A stretch of DNA of 64,000 nt from contig OX597814.1 of NCBI GenBank assembly GCA_951406725.2, positions 7,812,001-7,876,000 on the forward strand. Reading direction: 5' to 3'. The notes below the pieces were generated by a model. The model was not told where the DNA came from, made no database searches, and worked only from the letters and a program-made list of their open reading frames with translations. Numbering within the stretch: the first letter of the stretch is position 1; each line of letters starts with the position of its first letter. This document shows positions 34,395 to 45,605 of this stretch, one piece after another. Made by a program: the position numbers and the translations under genes. This DNA comes from Octopus vulgaris (lineage: Eukaryota).

Positions 34395-36878
34395 AAAACT
34401 GAGATAAAACTTAGATATGTTTCGACCAAAGATTGGTTCAGGCCATGTCTAACTTAATAGCACCTCCTGTTAGGATTATCTAAATCCTGTTTAAGTCAAG
34501 TTTAGTTTATGGTCCTTTCAAGTTGTGAGTTCTTGTTGAGCGAGTTGTATACAGGTATGGGTGGCTTATCCGGTATTCCTTGAAGAAATCTGTCCAGACT
34601 CCGTTTAAAGGTGATGGGATCCTTTTCCTCCTTGATCTCTTTTGGGATAATGTTAAACAGCGCAGGGCCTGTTGAGGAAAAGAAATTATGTTGTAGTGTA
34701 CCTATATGTTGTGATCCTCAATTGGGCAGGGGACGTATGGCCCATGGTCCCAGCCTTAGATGAACCTTGAAACTAATGATCAGGTCGTTTGGGCAAAGTT
34801 GGCAGTATATTCTCCATATCGTACAAATGATGTACCGCTCATGGCGGCGCTGGAGAGAGTAGAGTTTCAAGGCTTTAAGGCGGTCTCAGTAATCGAGATC
34901 AGTCATGCCTTCAATTCGTTTAGTGAGTGCTCTCTTGGGTGATTCAATCCTCGAGATGTTTTGACTTGTATGGGCAGACCACAAGGGGCAGCAGTATTCA
35001 AGGTGTGGCCATACAAAGGAGGAGAAAATTGGAATGATGACACCTTGTTCTCTGGACCGGAAGGTTCTTAAGATCCAGGAACTCATCCTACGAGCTATAT
35101 CAACCTTATTGTTGATGTGGGCACTCCAACTGAATTTGTTATCAACAATTACTCCTAGGTCTCTGATATTATTAGATGTTGTGAGAGGTTCCCCTGAAGG
35201 AAGAGAGTATGGCTGTTTTATTATAGTCTTTCTTCCAAAATGATTAGCTCAAATTTTCCCTCGTTCAGTTGCATTTTGTTTCTGTCTGCCCATTGACTCA
35301 CAGCATATAGATCAGACTGGAGTTGAGTTCGGTTTTCTTCTTCAATGATGATTTGCTGAAGCTTAGTGTTATCAGCAAATATTTTCACTTTGCAGTGATT
35401 TACGACACTGGAAAGGTCGTTTATGTAAATTATAAAGAGTAGCGAGCCCAAGACAGTCCTCTGGGTTCAACACTGGTGAGTTTTGCTGGGCTTGAGTGGA
35501 CTCCATCGACCACAAATTCTGGTGGTCTTTTCTCCAGGAAATACTTAATCCATTGTAGAACTTTTCCCCGGATTCCAACATTTGCCAATTTTGAGGGTAG
35601 GATATTATGGTCTACCCTGTCGAACGCTTTACTGAAGTCAAGATATATGACATCAGAGTTCGAACCTGTTCCCAAGGCTTTAAGTATATCTTCAATGTGG
35701 TGTAAGAGCTGTGTTAGACAGTCCCTGCCACAGCGAAAGCCATGCTTATTTGCATTTAGGAGTTTGTGGGTCTCCAGGAAGTCAGCTATCCTTGATCTTA
35801 CCACTCTTTCAAACACTCTTTCAATGACGTGGGAAGTGAGTGAGATTGGGCGATAGTTGACTACGAGGGATCTACTTCCCTGTTTGAAAACCAGGATGAC
35901 AGACTGGGATAGGAGCTGTTTCGGTATATAACCTGAGTCTAAAGAATTTCTCCAGAGGTTGGTCAGAGGGGCTGCAAGTAGTTGTCTACGGGGAATCTAT
36001 CAGGGCCTACAGAAGAATAGTATTTGACCTTAGTTATTGCTAATATGATGTCTGAGGCAATGAAGGTTGTGTCCGAGATTTTGTTGGGAATCAACTATGT
36101 TCGCTTCTCTTACGTCAATATCAGTGGGATCACCAAAGACAGAACAGTATTATTTCTGCAGTATTTCTGCCATTTCTTTAGCATCGTGTAGGGAAATGCC
36201 GTTATCATCGATCAATGGCCCAATGGGTGATACACTTTTGGGTTCTGTTTGATGTTTTTGATTACGCACTGTTCCTCCGTAGCTCTTTGATTTTCAATGG
36301 AGGTTTTCATGTCGGTCTGCAGATGAAGTTTTTCCAACTCCAGTCTTTTCATTGTTGTTGAATGTGGATGTTGTATGCGAGAATATTTTAATTGGCTGAT
36401 TTTTTTATTGAGTCTTTTGATGCGCCTAATGAATGTTTTTTTTAGGGGGCCGGTTTCTATTTGTGTTAGTGGATTTTGTAGGAGCATGTTTTGATCATGT
36501 ATAGGTGACAATGTTCTCAAAGTGTTGCCATGCGGTCTCAATGTGAGTGGAAGTGAGAGTAAAAGACCAGTCGATTAAAGACAGATCCTTTCTGATTGCT
36601 CCCCAGTCCGTTTTGTGGAAGTTTATGTTGTCAAATGAGTGCCATGGAGTGGGATTGGCTGGTTTGGTTTTTATATGTCGGGAATTAAAGTTGCAGAGTA
36701 TCATGTCGTGGTCTGAGAAGAGAGTGTTTTCAACTGAAATACTGTGAACGAAGCTAGAGTGATTGGTTAATATTAGATCCAAGATCGTTTTATTCTGTCT
36801 TGTTGGTTCGAGCACTAGCTGAGTCAGGAAGAATTTATCCATTAGATTAAAGAGTAATTCTGCTGCTGCTTTATCTGA
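34395..36878 (-). mobile_element. Decayed CR1-group LINE (APE C-terminus, RT, 3' UTR)
   Basis: LTQLVLEPTR...LDLILTN...FSDHD; HGFRCGRDCLTQL; YLDFSKAFDRVDH; LFIIYINDL; IFADNTK; PHLEYC. Confidence 0.88.
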
Positions 36879-36903
36879 TGTTGTTGTTATTATTATTATT
36901 ATT

Positions 36904-37450
36904 GAGTGAGAGAGCAGTGCATGCCATAAAAGTGACACAGGGGTAAAATATACGAAGCCCAATATACCCATCATGACTACCCGTCTGATAAGGGTACACC
37001 AGGCACATGCATCACAACCATATGTGCGCGACATGGTGATCTCATATCAAGATAAACCACGCATGACCTTGCAGGTGGGGCCCAGTTAGAATTTTTTTCA
37101 GGTCAGCTAGCCCATCCCGTTCTAAAGGACCCTGAATAAGGGTTGTTTAAGGATGGTGAAAGAAACATCCATGTTTCCAAAGGTGAATTATCCAAACCAC
37201 AAAAGAATTCCTCTCAGCACATGGCTATGATGCTCCCCCACTACTTCTGCTCATGATCAGAGATGCACATGTCGTTAGCCACCAAGGGACATGCTCAACT
37301 GGTTACGGTCAAACAACTGACAAGCAAATCTGTGATACTAAGCAGAATATTTTCTGTAGCCCATCTTTTACACCAAGACAATGTACATGATTGCACTTCC
37401 AATCCATTAAGATCAGAAGCCATGAGAGTCACATGCCTGGTACTTCATCA
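36904..37450 (-). mobile_element. ~550-bp non-coding retroposon with (AAT)n tail, copy 1
   Basis: Homologous over its full length to 58822-59377. Confidence 0.75.
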
Positions 37451-37467
37451 TTTTTATCATCATTATT

Positions 37468-37617
37468 GCGTGGTAAGTAGGTTGCTTACTGACTACATGG
37501 TTCCGGGTTCAATCCGATGTCATGGCACCTTGGGCAGGTGTCTTCTACTATAGCCTCGAGCCGACCAAAGCCTTGTGAGTGGATTTGGTCGATGGAAACT
37601 GAAAGAAGCGCATCGTA

Positions 37618-37618
<1 letters not shown>
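37468..37618 (+). mobile_element. CORE-type tRNA SINE, 5' part
   Basis: GGTTCAATCC B-box; GGCACCTTGGGCAGGTGTCTT core. Confidence 0.8.
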
Positions 37619-37681
<63 letters not shown>

Positions 37682-37817
37682 AAAGTAGTTTTAGAGACAG
37701 AACCACCTACAGCTCAATCAACACTGAAAGATTTTATACCCGACCACTCCATAAAATGTTAAATATTAAATCTTATACTAACTATATCTTTTCTGAATCC
37801 TGTATTTTCTGTTTATA

Positions 37818-37917
37818 AGACTACACGTGTTTCATGAATGTACGTCAGTATTGATTAGATACGAGGTATATAGTTTCAATGCTTAATCGGATCGACATAC
37901 TCCCAATCTTCAGGTCT
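37818..37917 (-). ncRNA. Type-I hammerhead in the inverted terminal repeat
   Basis: Reverse-complement homologue of 43983-44082; core nucleotides are retained. Confidence 0.75.
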
Positions 37918-39140
37918 GGATTCCTCAACATTTTATATATTTTTATATATACGAATTAGACATTGAGGGATGTTCATTTTAGTACATCTATTTTGAATGT
38001 CTTTTTCCCGTGGGCTTGGAAGTAATATTCCCTAATAATTATAATAATATAATATAATATAATAATAATATAACAACTGACGTTAATTGCTAAGTTTAAA
38101 CATGCAATTAAGTTTGGTTATGGTATACCAGGGGCGTGCACTCTCATGTATGCAAGGTATGCGTTGCATGCTCTGTGATTTTTTTATCCATACGATCGGA
38201 AAATTAGATAAAATAGTTACTTTGTTTCAAAGAAAATCCGTCCAGTTGTATTTTGTCTCCCCTTCCCTCTCAGTGACTCTACTTCTGCTTTTAGAAGTCA
38301 TGCATTGACAAGACCACCATGTTAGACACTCCCTCTCTGTCTCAGTTTGTCCTTCCTTCCTCTCTCTCTCTCTCTTAGTGACTGTTTAAAAGACATGCTA
38401 AGAGGATAGGGCATTTGAAATATTTTTACCCCCTTCCTCTTTCTTTTAGTGGCTATGCTGTGGGACGACCCTCTCTGTCTTTTAGTTTGTCCCTCCTTCC
38501 TCTCTCTCTTTTAGTGAATTGATAAAACAGATGCTAGGAGGAAAGGTTGTTCATAATATTTTGTACCCCCTTCCTCTTTCTCTCAGTGGCATGTCATGCT
38601 ATGAGCTGACCGCATGATACCCACTTTCTGTATCTTTCTGTTTTGTTGAAATTGACTTACAATTTACGCCGGCGCTTCCACGTGTGTTCGTATATTTTCG
38701 TATATTTTACGAAATGAGTGAAATGTGTTATAAACGATATTTTGAGAAATAGTTTTTCGAAAGGAGAATTCGATGGAAAATAATTAATTATATCGGTGGG
38801 AGACCAACACCGAAAAGGGCTAATGCATTAGATAACGAAGGCAACAGCCTCACGGCTTATTATTACCACAAAGTAAAAATTATCATTTCATAATCAGCCT
38901 TTTTGAGCACATCATTGAAAATCCTGAAGCATGGGATGATACCACCATAAATTCAGCAATTGGATTCTTACAAACTTTAAAAGCTCCTGATTTCTTATTT
39001 TTGTTAGAAGTATTCAGTGAGATTTTTTCTTTTTTCATATTTAACATCCTCCAGAGTAAAAGTCATAACATAGTGTATTGTAAAGATCAAATAGATAAAA
39101 CTAGAACTGTACTCGAAAACAAACTTGATAATTTTTCAAT

Positions 39141-39461
39141 CTCTTTTACTTGTTTCAGTCATTTGACTGCGGCCATGCTCGAGCACCGCCTTTAATCGAG
39201 CAACTCGACCCTGGGACTTATTCTATCGGTCTATTTTGCCGAACCGCTAAGTAACGGGGACATAAACACACCAGCATCGGTTGCCAAGCAATGCTAGGGG
39301 GACAAACACAGACGCACAAACACACACACGCATATATATACATATATACCACGGGCTTCTTTCAGTTTCCGTCTACCAAATCCACTCACAAGGCTTTGGT
39401 CGGCCCGAGACTATAGTAGAAGACCCTTGCCCAAGGTGCCACGCAGTGGAACTGAACCCGG
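39141..39461 (-). mobile_element. 5'-truncated CORE-type SINE inside the hAT
   Basis: Homologous to 42794-43140. Confidence 0.85.
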
Positions 39462-39678
39462 GGGGAAAAATATGGAGTCGATGCAGGAATCGGAATTCAG
39501 AGATCCAAGAATATATCTATTGAGCCCCAACATCATTATAAAATGCTTTATAACAAAATTATCAGTACAATAGTTGACCAAATAAAAGCACGATATTCAT
39601 CCTTAGAAGAGTTTAAATTCATGGAACTTTCGAATTTCAACAAATTTGATGAGTATTGCAAACAATTTAAAAATCATG

Positions 39679-39922
39679 GGTACTATTTAAGAAGAGTGGT
39701 CCCGGTGCGCGCACTCGAGCATCCACGCCAGCTAGTCGTGACTAGTCGATCCTTACTTTGTGTTTTATTTACTTTGTTAAAAACATTATTTACTTTGTGT
39801 TTTATATATTTTGTTTAAAAAATTTATTTACTTTGTTAGATAGTCGTAGGATCGACTAGTCACGACTAGCCAGCGCGGATGTGCGAGTGCGCGCAATGGG
39901 ACCACTCTTCTTAAATAGTACC
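39679..39922. mobile_element. MITE with ~75-bp TIRs inside the hAT; superfamily unassigned
   Basis: GGTACTATTTAAGAAGAGTGGTCCC...CTAGTCGTGACTAGTCGATCCT and its reverse complement, with an AT-rich centre. Confidence 0.8.
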
Positions 39923-40106
39923 AGGGCGACGTTTTTTTTTATTCTAGGTCATACGGGGTTGTTGCATATTCAGAATCTCCCATATGTAAATTGTAGGAAT
40001 TCGAAATTTTTTTTTACTGAAAAATTGCCTGCCCCGGGGGGGGGGGGGGCAAAGAAATTCATTGCATGCCCAGCCCCGGAAGTCACCGCACGCCACTGTG
40101 GTATAC

Positions 40107-42593
40107 ACAGGAAAGATAGAACCCCTGGAATGGAAATCATCACTGAAGGACGTACCAATGCAACCTAAAAAAGAATTTATGATTAAACTAATAAATAATA
40201 TAAAGTATTTTATAAATAGGTTGAAATGGAAAGCATACCATCATAATATTAACACTTCTTATACAAATAATAGAGAGCAAAAAATTTTTGGCACTAAATC
40301 TAAATCCAGGAAAGAACCCCCGTATAATAAGGAACTACACACTTTAGAAGATAATATTTGGAAAGTAGTAAAAAAGATAGAATTTTATAAATCCTCTGAT
40401 AGACATAATAAATATCTGAATTAAAATAAAAGAACTGAGAAATACCGAAGGAATTTTTGTACAATCAGATAAAACTAGGAATCTACATAAATTAAACATA
40501 GAAACATACGATAGTTTATTAGAAAAAGAAATTAATTAAAAATATGAAATAGTCCAAATAACACTCTAGATAAAATAAATAAAATATATAAAGAAATAAT
40601 GACGAAATATGATTTAGATAATAAAACAGAACCCTATGTGCCTTTCCACCCAAGAATTACATTAAAAATACATAAAGATAATTTCTATGCAGACCCTAAA
40701 GTTAGACTTATATGCCCATGTAAGTCGGACCTAGGGAAATTAAGCAAAATAATATTAGATAAATATATAAATAAACTGAATAAACTAGATCATTTAAAAT
40801 AATGGGGTAGTACAACAGACACACTGGAGTGGTTTAAAAATATTAAAAATAAAAAGAAATATAAATTTATACAAATAGATATTGATAACTACTATGCATC
40901 GATAAACGAGATAGTACTTAATAAGGCATTAATTTATGCTACGAATAAAGTAGGGATGACTATGGACGAAATTAAGGTAGTTCAAGCGGCTAGAAAATCA
41001 TGGGCCAGGAAAGATACTAGAGAGTATTTCGATGTACCAATGGGGATGCCTGACTCAGCACAGGTTTTACGGATTTGGTAGGGATCTTTTTACTATCTGA
41101 ATTATAACTGGAAAAATTAAACTTAGAAGGGGGTTTATATGGAGATGATTTATTATTAATAACTAAAAACAGTACAAATAGAATACTCGAAACACATAAA
41201 AAGAAATTATATAACATCTTTAAAAGATACGGATTAGATACTACGAGAGAGTTGTAATGTTAACTTTCTAGATGCAAATTTTAATATTCTAACAGGAATA
41301 ACACAACCGTTCCACAAAACGAATGAAAATTTGTAAAATATTAACGCATACAGTAACCACCACCCCTTCCATTAAGAAAACACTAATAGCTAATATAGGA
41401 AGACGTATTTCAATGCTTTCATCAAATTATGATAGCTTCCTGGAACATACAATCTATTATAATGATGCATTAACTAAGGCGGGATATAAAGACAGGTTTA
41501 GATTTTACAGTAATCATATAAATGGTAAAAATTGTATATAAAGACCCTAATATCACCCATATAGATAAAAATAGAAACATAAATAAATTTATGAATAGAA
41601 ATAAAAACAAAATTAATAATAATAATGATAATAACTATAATAGAGAAAGATATCAAAATATTATCGAGCACAGGGAGCATACAATAAACTCAAGGAATGA
41701 AAATATAAATACAAAGAAATATATAAGACAAAATGGTAGGTTTAACGCAGATCAACCTATAAATAATAATGGTAATAATGACTATAATGCTAACAAACAC
41801 TTGAGAACTAGTAGCATAAACATAAATAATAATAATAATAAATCTGGTTAATCGTCCCTTACAGTGCCCAGATTAAAAATGATATTATAAATGAAATTAT
41901 TATAATAATTTACTATCGAAAATACAAAAATTAGTATTTTTTCTAAAAAAACATAGGAGCAAGATACTCAACTACTTGCAATGTAGGTAATATTATATCA
42001 GCATTAAATAAATATAAATTGAATGAATAAATTTTATTTCAATACACTAAATAATAATCCTAATAATAATGGTATTAACTCAATAAATTGTAATTGAAGG
42101 GACAAAAATAATTGTAAAATAATAATAAATGTAACTTAAAGGATGTAGTATATAAATGTGTGGTGTCTTTAAACTAAGATAATAATGGTCAAAGAGAAGG
42201 TAATAATAATGATAATAATAATAATAATGATAATAATAACAATGATAAAAATAATGGCGAAAATTCATATATGACATATATTGGCTCTACATCTAGTAAA
42301 ATTAAACAAAGGATAATACAGCATTTGTATTCCTTTAACAATAAAAAATAATGAATTCGACAGGCTTACGTAAATATATTTGGTGTTTAAAATCTAAAGA
42401 AATTATCTACAAACTAAAATGGGAGATAATATGTAAAGCCAAATCATATAGAACAGGGAATAATTTCTGTCTCGTGTATACTCACGAATTTATGGAAATC
42501 TTAAAGGCCAAAACAATATTGCTCAATGTCCAGAACAAACGAAAAATTAAATGCAGACATAGGATAAATTGTTTAATTAATAAGATGAGTTAA
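40107..42593 (+). pseudogene. Penelope-like RT + GIY-YIG endonuclease (Naiad-type), disrupted
   Basis: SDKTRN; LKIHKDNF...PKVRLICPCKSDLGKLSKIILD; IDIDNYYASI; FDVPMG; GLYGDD; VVYKC...TYIGST; NSTGLRKYIW...KWEII...KCRH. Confidence 0.85.
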
Positions 42594-42793
42594 GATTAGA
42601 TTCTTTAGTAAATAAACTAAACTTTATTTATAAAGTATGCAAACTCAGTCATGTTTTTTAGATAAAGTTATGATTATATACAACTTGTTATCACTAGAAA
42701 GTAGCACTTAGTCATACAAAAATATATAATATTAATTGGTTAATTTACGATACTTTAGATTTTTAATTAAATTGTTAGCTGTACATTACACAA

Positions 42794-43188
42794 TTACTCT
42801 TTACTCTTTTACTTGTTTCAGTCATTTGACTGTGGCCAAGCTGGAGCACCACCTTTAGTCGAGCAAATTGACCCCGGGACTTATTCTTTGTAAGCCCAGT
42901 ACTTATTCTATCGGACTCTTTTGCCGAACCGCTAAGTGACGGGGATGTAAACACACCAGCATCGGTTGTCAAGCAATTCTAGGGGGACAAACAGACACAC
43001 ATATATATATATATATACATATATACGACAGGCTTCTTTCAGTTTCCGTCTACCAAATCCACTCACAAGGCATTGGTCGGCCCGGGGCTATAGCAGAAGA
43101 CACTTGCCCAAGATGCCACGCAGTGGGACTGAACCCGCAACCATCTAGTTGGTTAGCAAGCTACTTACCACACAGCCACTCCTGCGCC
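42794..43188 (-). mobile_element. Full-length tRNA-derived CORE-type SINE
   Basis: 5' GGCGCAGGAGTGGCTGTGTGG, B-box GGTTCAGTCCC, core CTTGGGCAAGTGTCTT, internal TA/CA tract, (AAAGAGT)n-like tail. Confidence 0.9.
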
Positions 43189-43982
43189 TATTGTAATTGT
43201 AATTAAAATTTTTTAACTTAAATTTTGAAATTTGGTTTAAATGCAACGTCAAATATTTAAGAATAATATAAATAATCGATATTAAATAATATAAAACGTA
43301 ACTGTTATGTATCCCCAAAATATTCGAATTGAGAGTCTAAAGAAGTAACTTACTAGTAGGATATCAGGTAGCATGATTGGTTGTTAATACATAGCTTGCG
43401 TTAATACATAGCTTGAATAAAATAAACAACGATAAAAGTGGCTTGTTCCCATGGTGCAATCATTTCCGGTTCCCTTGACAGTTCTTTATAAAGGAATAAA
43501 TACACCAGTAAAACTTTCTGACATTTATTTGTAGTACCTCCTATACATAGGTATTATCAAACGCTGATTTTACCTTATTTGCAAGATGTAGCGTTGTCTA
43601 ATTTTTGCTGAGGAAAGAAAAGATAAGTTAACATTCGTTTTATTTTCATCTCTATTTTTATTTCATTATTGTTTAATTTTTATTTCGTATTTGTTTATTC
43701 GCAATTCTTTATTCGTTATTCGTAATTTTTACTCGTATTTTTGTTCTTCTTAAATTTTTTTCCTTAAATGTTTTTCTCAATTTTTTTCCTTAAACTTTTA
43801 TTGCTTGAATTTTTATTCCTTAAATTTTTACTCCGTAAATTTTTAATATTCATTTATTTATATTTTTATTTATTATTTGTATTTCTATTCATTTGTATAT
43901 GTTAAGTAAGATTATATTGAAGATATAGAGTATCATGAAAGTATATAAGAGGTAGGGGGTAGTGAAAAATGTTGAGGAATCC

Positions 43983-44082
43983 AGACCTGAAGATTGGGAG
44001 TATGTCGACCCGATTATGTATTGAAACTAGATACTTCGTATCTAATCAATACCGACGTACATTCATGAAACACGTGTAGTCT
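43983..44082 (+). ncRNA. Type-I hammerhead ribozyme in the 3' terminal repeat
   Basis: AGAC-CTGAAGA (43987-43993)-long stem II (GTATGTCG/CGACGTAC)-GAAAC-ACGT-GTA (44076-44078)-GTCT; palindromic ACACGTGT stem III. Confidence 0.8.
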
Positions 44083-44309
44083 TATAAACGGAAAATATAG
44101 TATTCAGAATATATATAGTTAGTAAAAGAATTAAAATATAACATTTTATGGAGTTGCCGGGTATAAAATCTTTCAGTATTGATTGAGTTGATGGTGATTC
44201 TGTCTCTAAAACTACTTCTATATATACGAATTAAACATTGAGAGATGTTCATTTTAGTACATCTAATTTGAATGTCTTTTTCCTACATTCATAACCCCTA
44301 TCTTACTTT

Positions 44310-44347
<38 letters not shown>

Positions 44348-44456
44348 CGTCACCGACCAGTCTATCAGATGTTGCTACACATCGCTGGTCACAATGCGCT
44401 TCACATTGTTTTAGCCTCCAAATGACGCAACCCCGCTGGCTAAGCGAGCAGGCCAG

Positions 44457-44489
<33 letters not shown>

Positions 44490-44701
44490 CCGTGTGTGTG
44501 TTTATTTGTCTGTGTTTATCCCCCCAACATCGCTTGACAACTGATGCTGGTGTGTTTACGTCCCCGTAACTTAGCACTTTGGCAAAAGATTCCGAGAGAA
44601 TAAGTATTGGGCTTACAAAGAATAAGTCCTGGGGTCAATTTGCTCGACTAAAGGTGGTGCTCCAACATGGCCGCAGTCAAATGACTGAAACAAGTTAAGG
44701 G
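44490..44701 (+). mobile_element. CORE-type SINE, 3' half
   Basis: GATGCTGGTGTGTTTACGTCCCCGTAACTTAG...GCAGTCAAATGACTGAAACAAG. Confidence 0.8.
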
Positions 44702-45605
44702 TATTATTATTATTATTCAGTAGTTTTATTTTTATAGTGTGCTTTCACTTCACTACTGAGTGCAGTTCTGTGTGCCTTGGGTATGTGTTGTGATTTGTTG
44801 TGATGCTCTTATGGTTATTGTATTGAAAGTGTTTTGCGTAGGATTTGTGCAGTGCCTAGTAGTGCAATTTTCTGTATGTTATATGTGTTTGTAAGTCCTG
44901 GTGTTTTTGTTATGTATTTGTCTGAATATTTTTTTATCATACCTAATGTGCCTACTATGATAGAAATTGTTTCTGTTTTTAGATTCCACATTCGACTTAC
45001 CTCTATTTCCATGCCTTTGTATTTTGAGAGTTTCTCCATTTCTTTTAGAGACACGTTGTCATTTGCCGGTATTGATACAGCAATTAGAAAGCATTTCTTT
45101 CTTCATGATCTCTGACAACTATATATGGTCTATTGGGCTTAATTTCTCTATCTGTGTGTATTGGCATATCCCAGAGTATGGTTGCTTTCTCATTTTCTGT
45201 GACCTTTTCTGGTCTGTACCTATACCATCTTTTTTCTGTTGTTATTCCATAGTGTTGGCATAGCTTCCAGTGTATATAGGTCCCAGCTCTGTTGTATCTG
45301 TGAATATGTTCCTTCTCAGCCAGGACTGGGCAGCCAGAGATAATATGATTTATTATTTCTTGTCCATCACATATTCTGCAGTTACTTGTTATGTTTCTTT
45401 TCATTATTGTTGTGTGAACGCCCCCAGATGATGAAGTAGGCTAACCCAATATGTAGATATAGAGGGAGAAGTCTAGACGTTGAGGGTTGAGTAGAGGTCA
45501 TCCGAACGTGCGACATAACAGTGGCAACGAAGATTTCGTAGCTCACACAGCCACTGTATAGCATTGTGACATAACAGTGGCGACGAGGTTTCGAGTAGTC
45601 CCGAA

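Larger units (their letters stand above)
38129..40098 (+). mobile_element. Internally deleted hAT transposon nested in the Penelope-like element
   Basis: 8-bp TSD TGGTATAC (38121-38128, 40099-40106); TIRs CAGGGGCGTGCA / CGCACGCCACTG; transposase-like remnants (FLFLLEVFSEIF...FNILQSK; IVDQIKARYSSL). Confidence 0.9.
37683..44283 (+). mobile_element. Penelope-like element (Naiad-type) with inverted 5' terminal repeat and direct 3' terminal repeat
   Basis: 37683-37934 is the reverse complement of 43966-44217. 37945-38009 is repeated directly at 44221-44283. RT and GIY-YIG remnants lie between. Confidence 0.85.

Noticed and set aside
42794-43188. tRNA genes at A/B-box motifs (also 8093, 11995, 37468, 51962)
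   Set aside because: These are SINE heads or repeat ends with no full cloverleaf.
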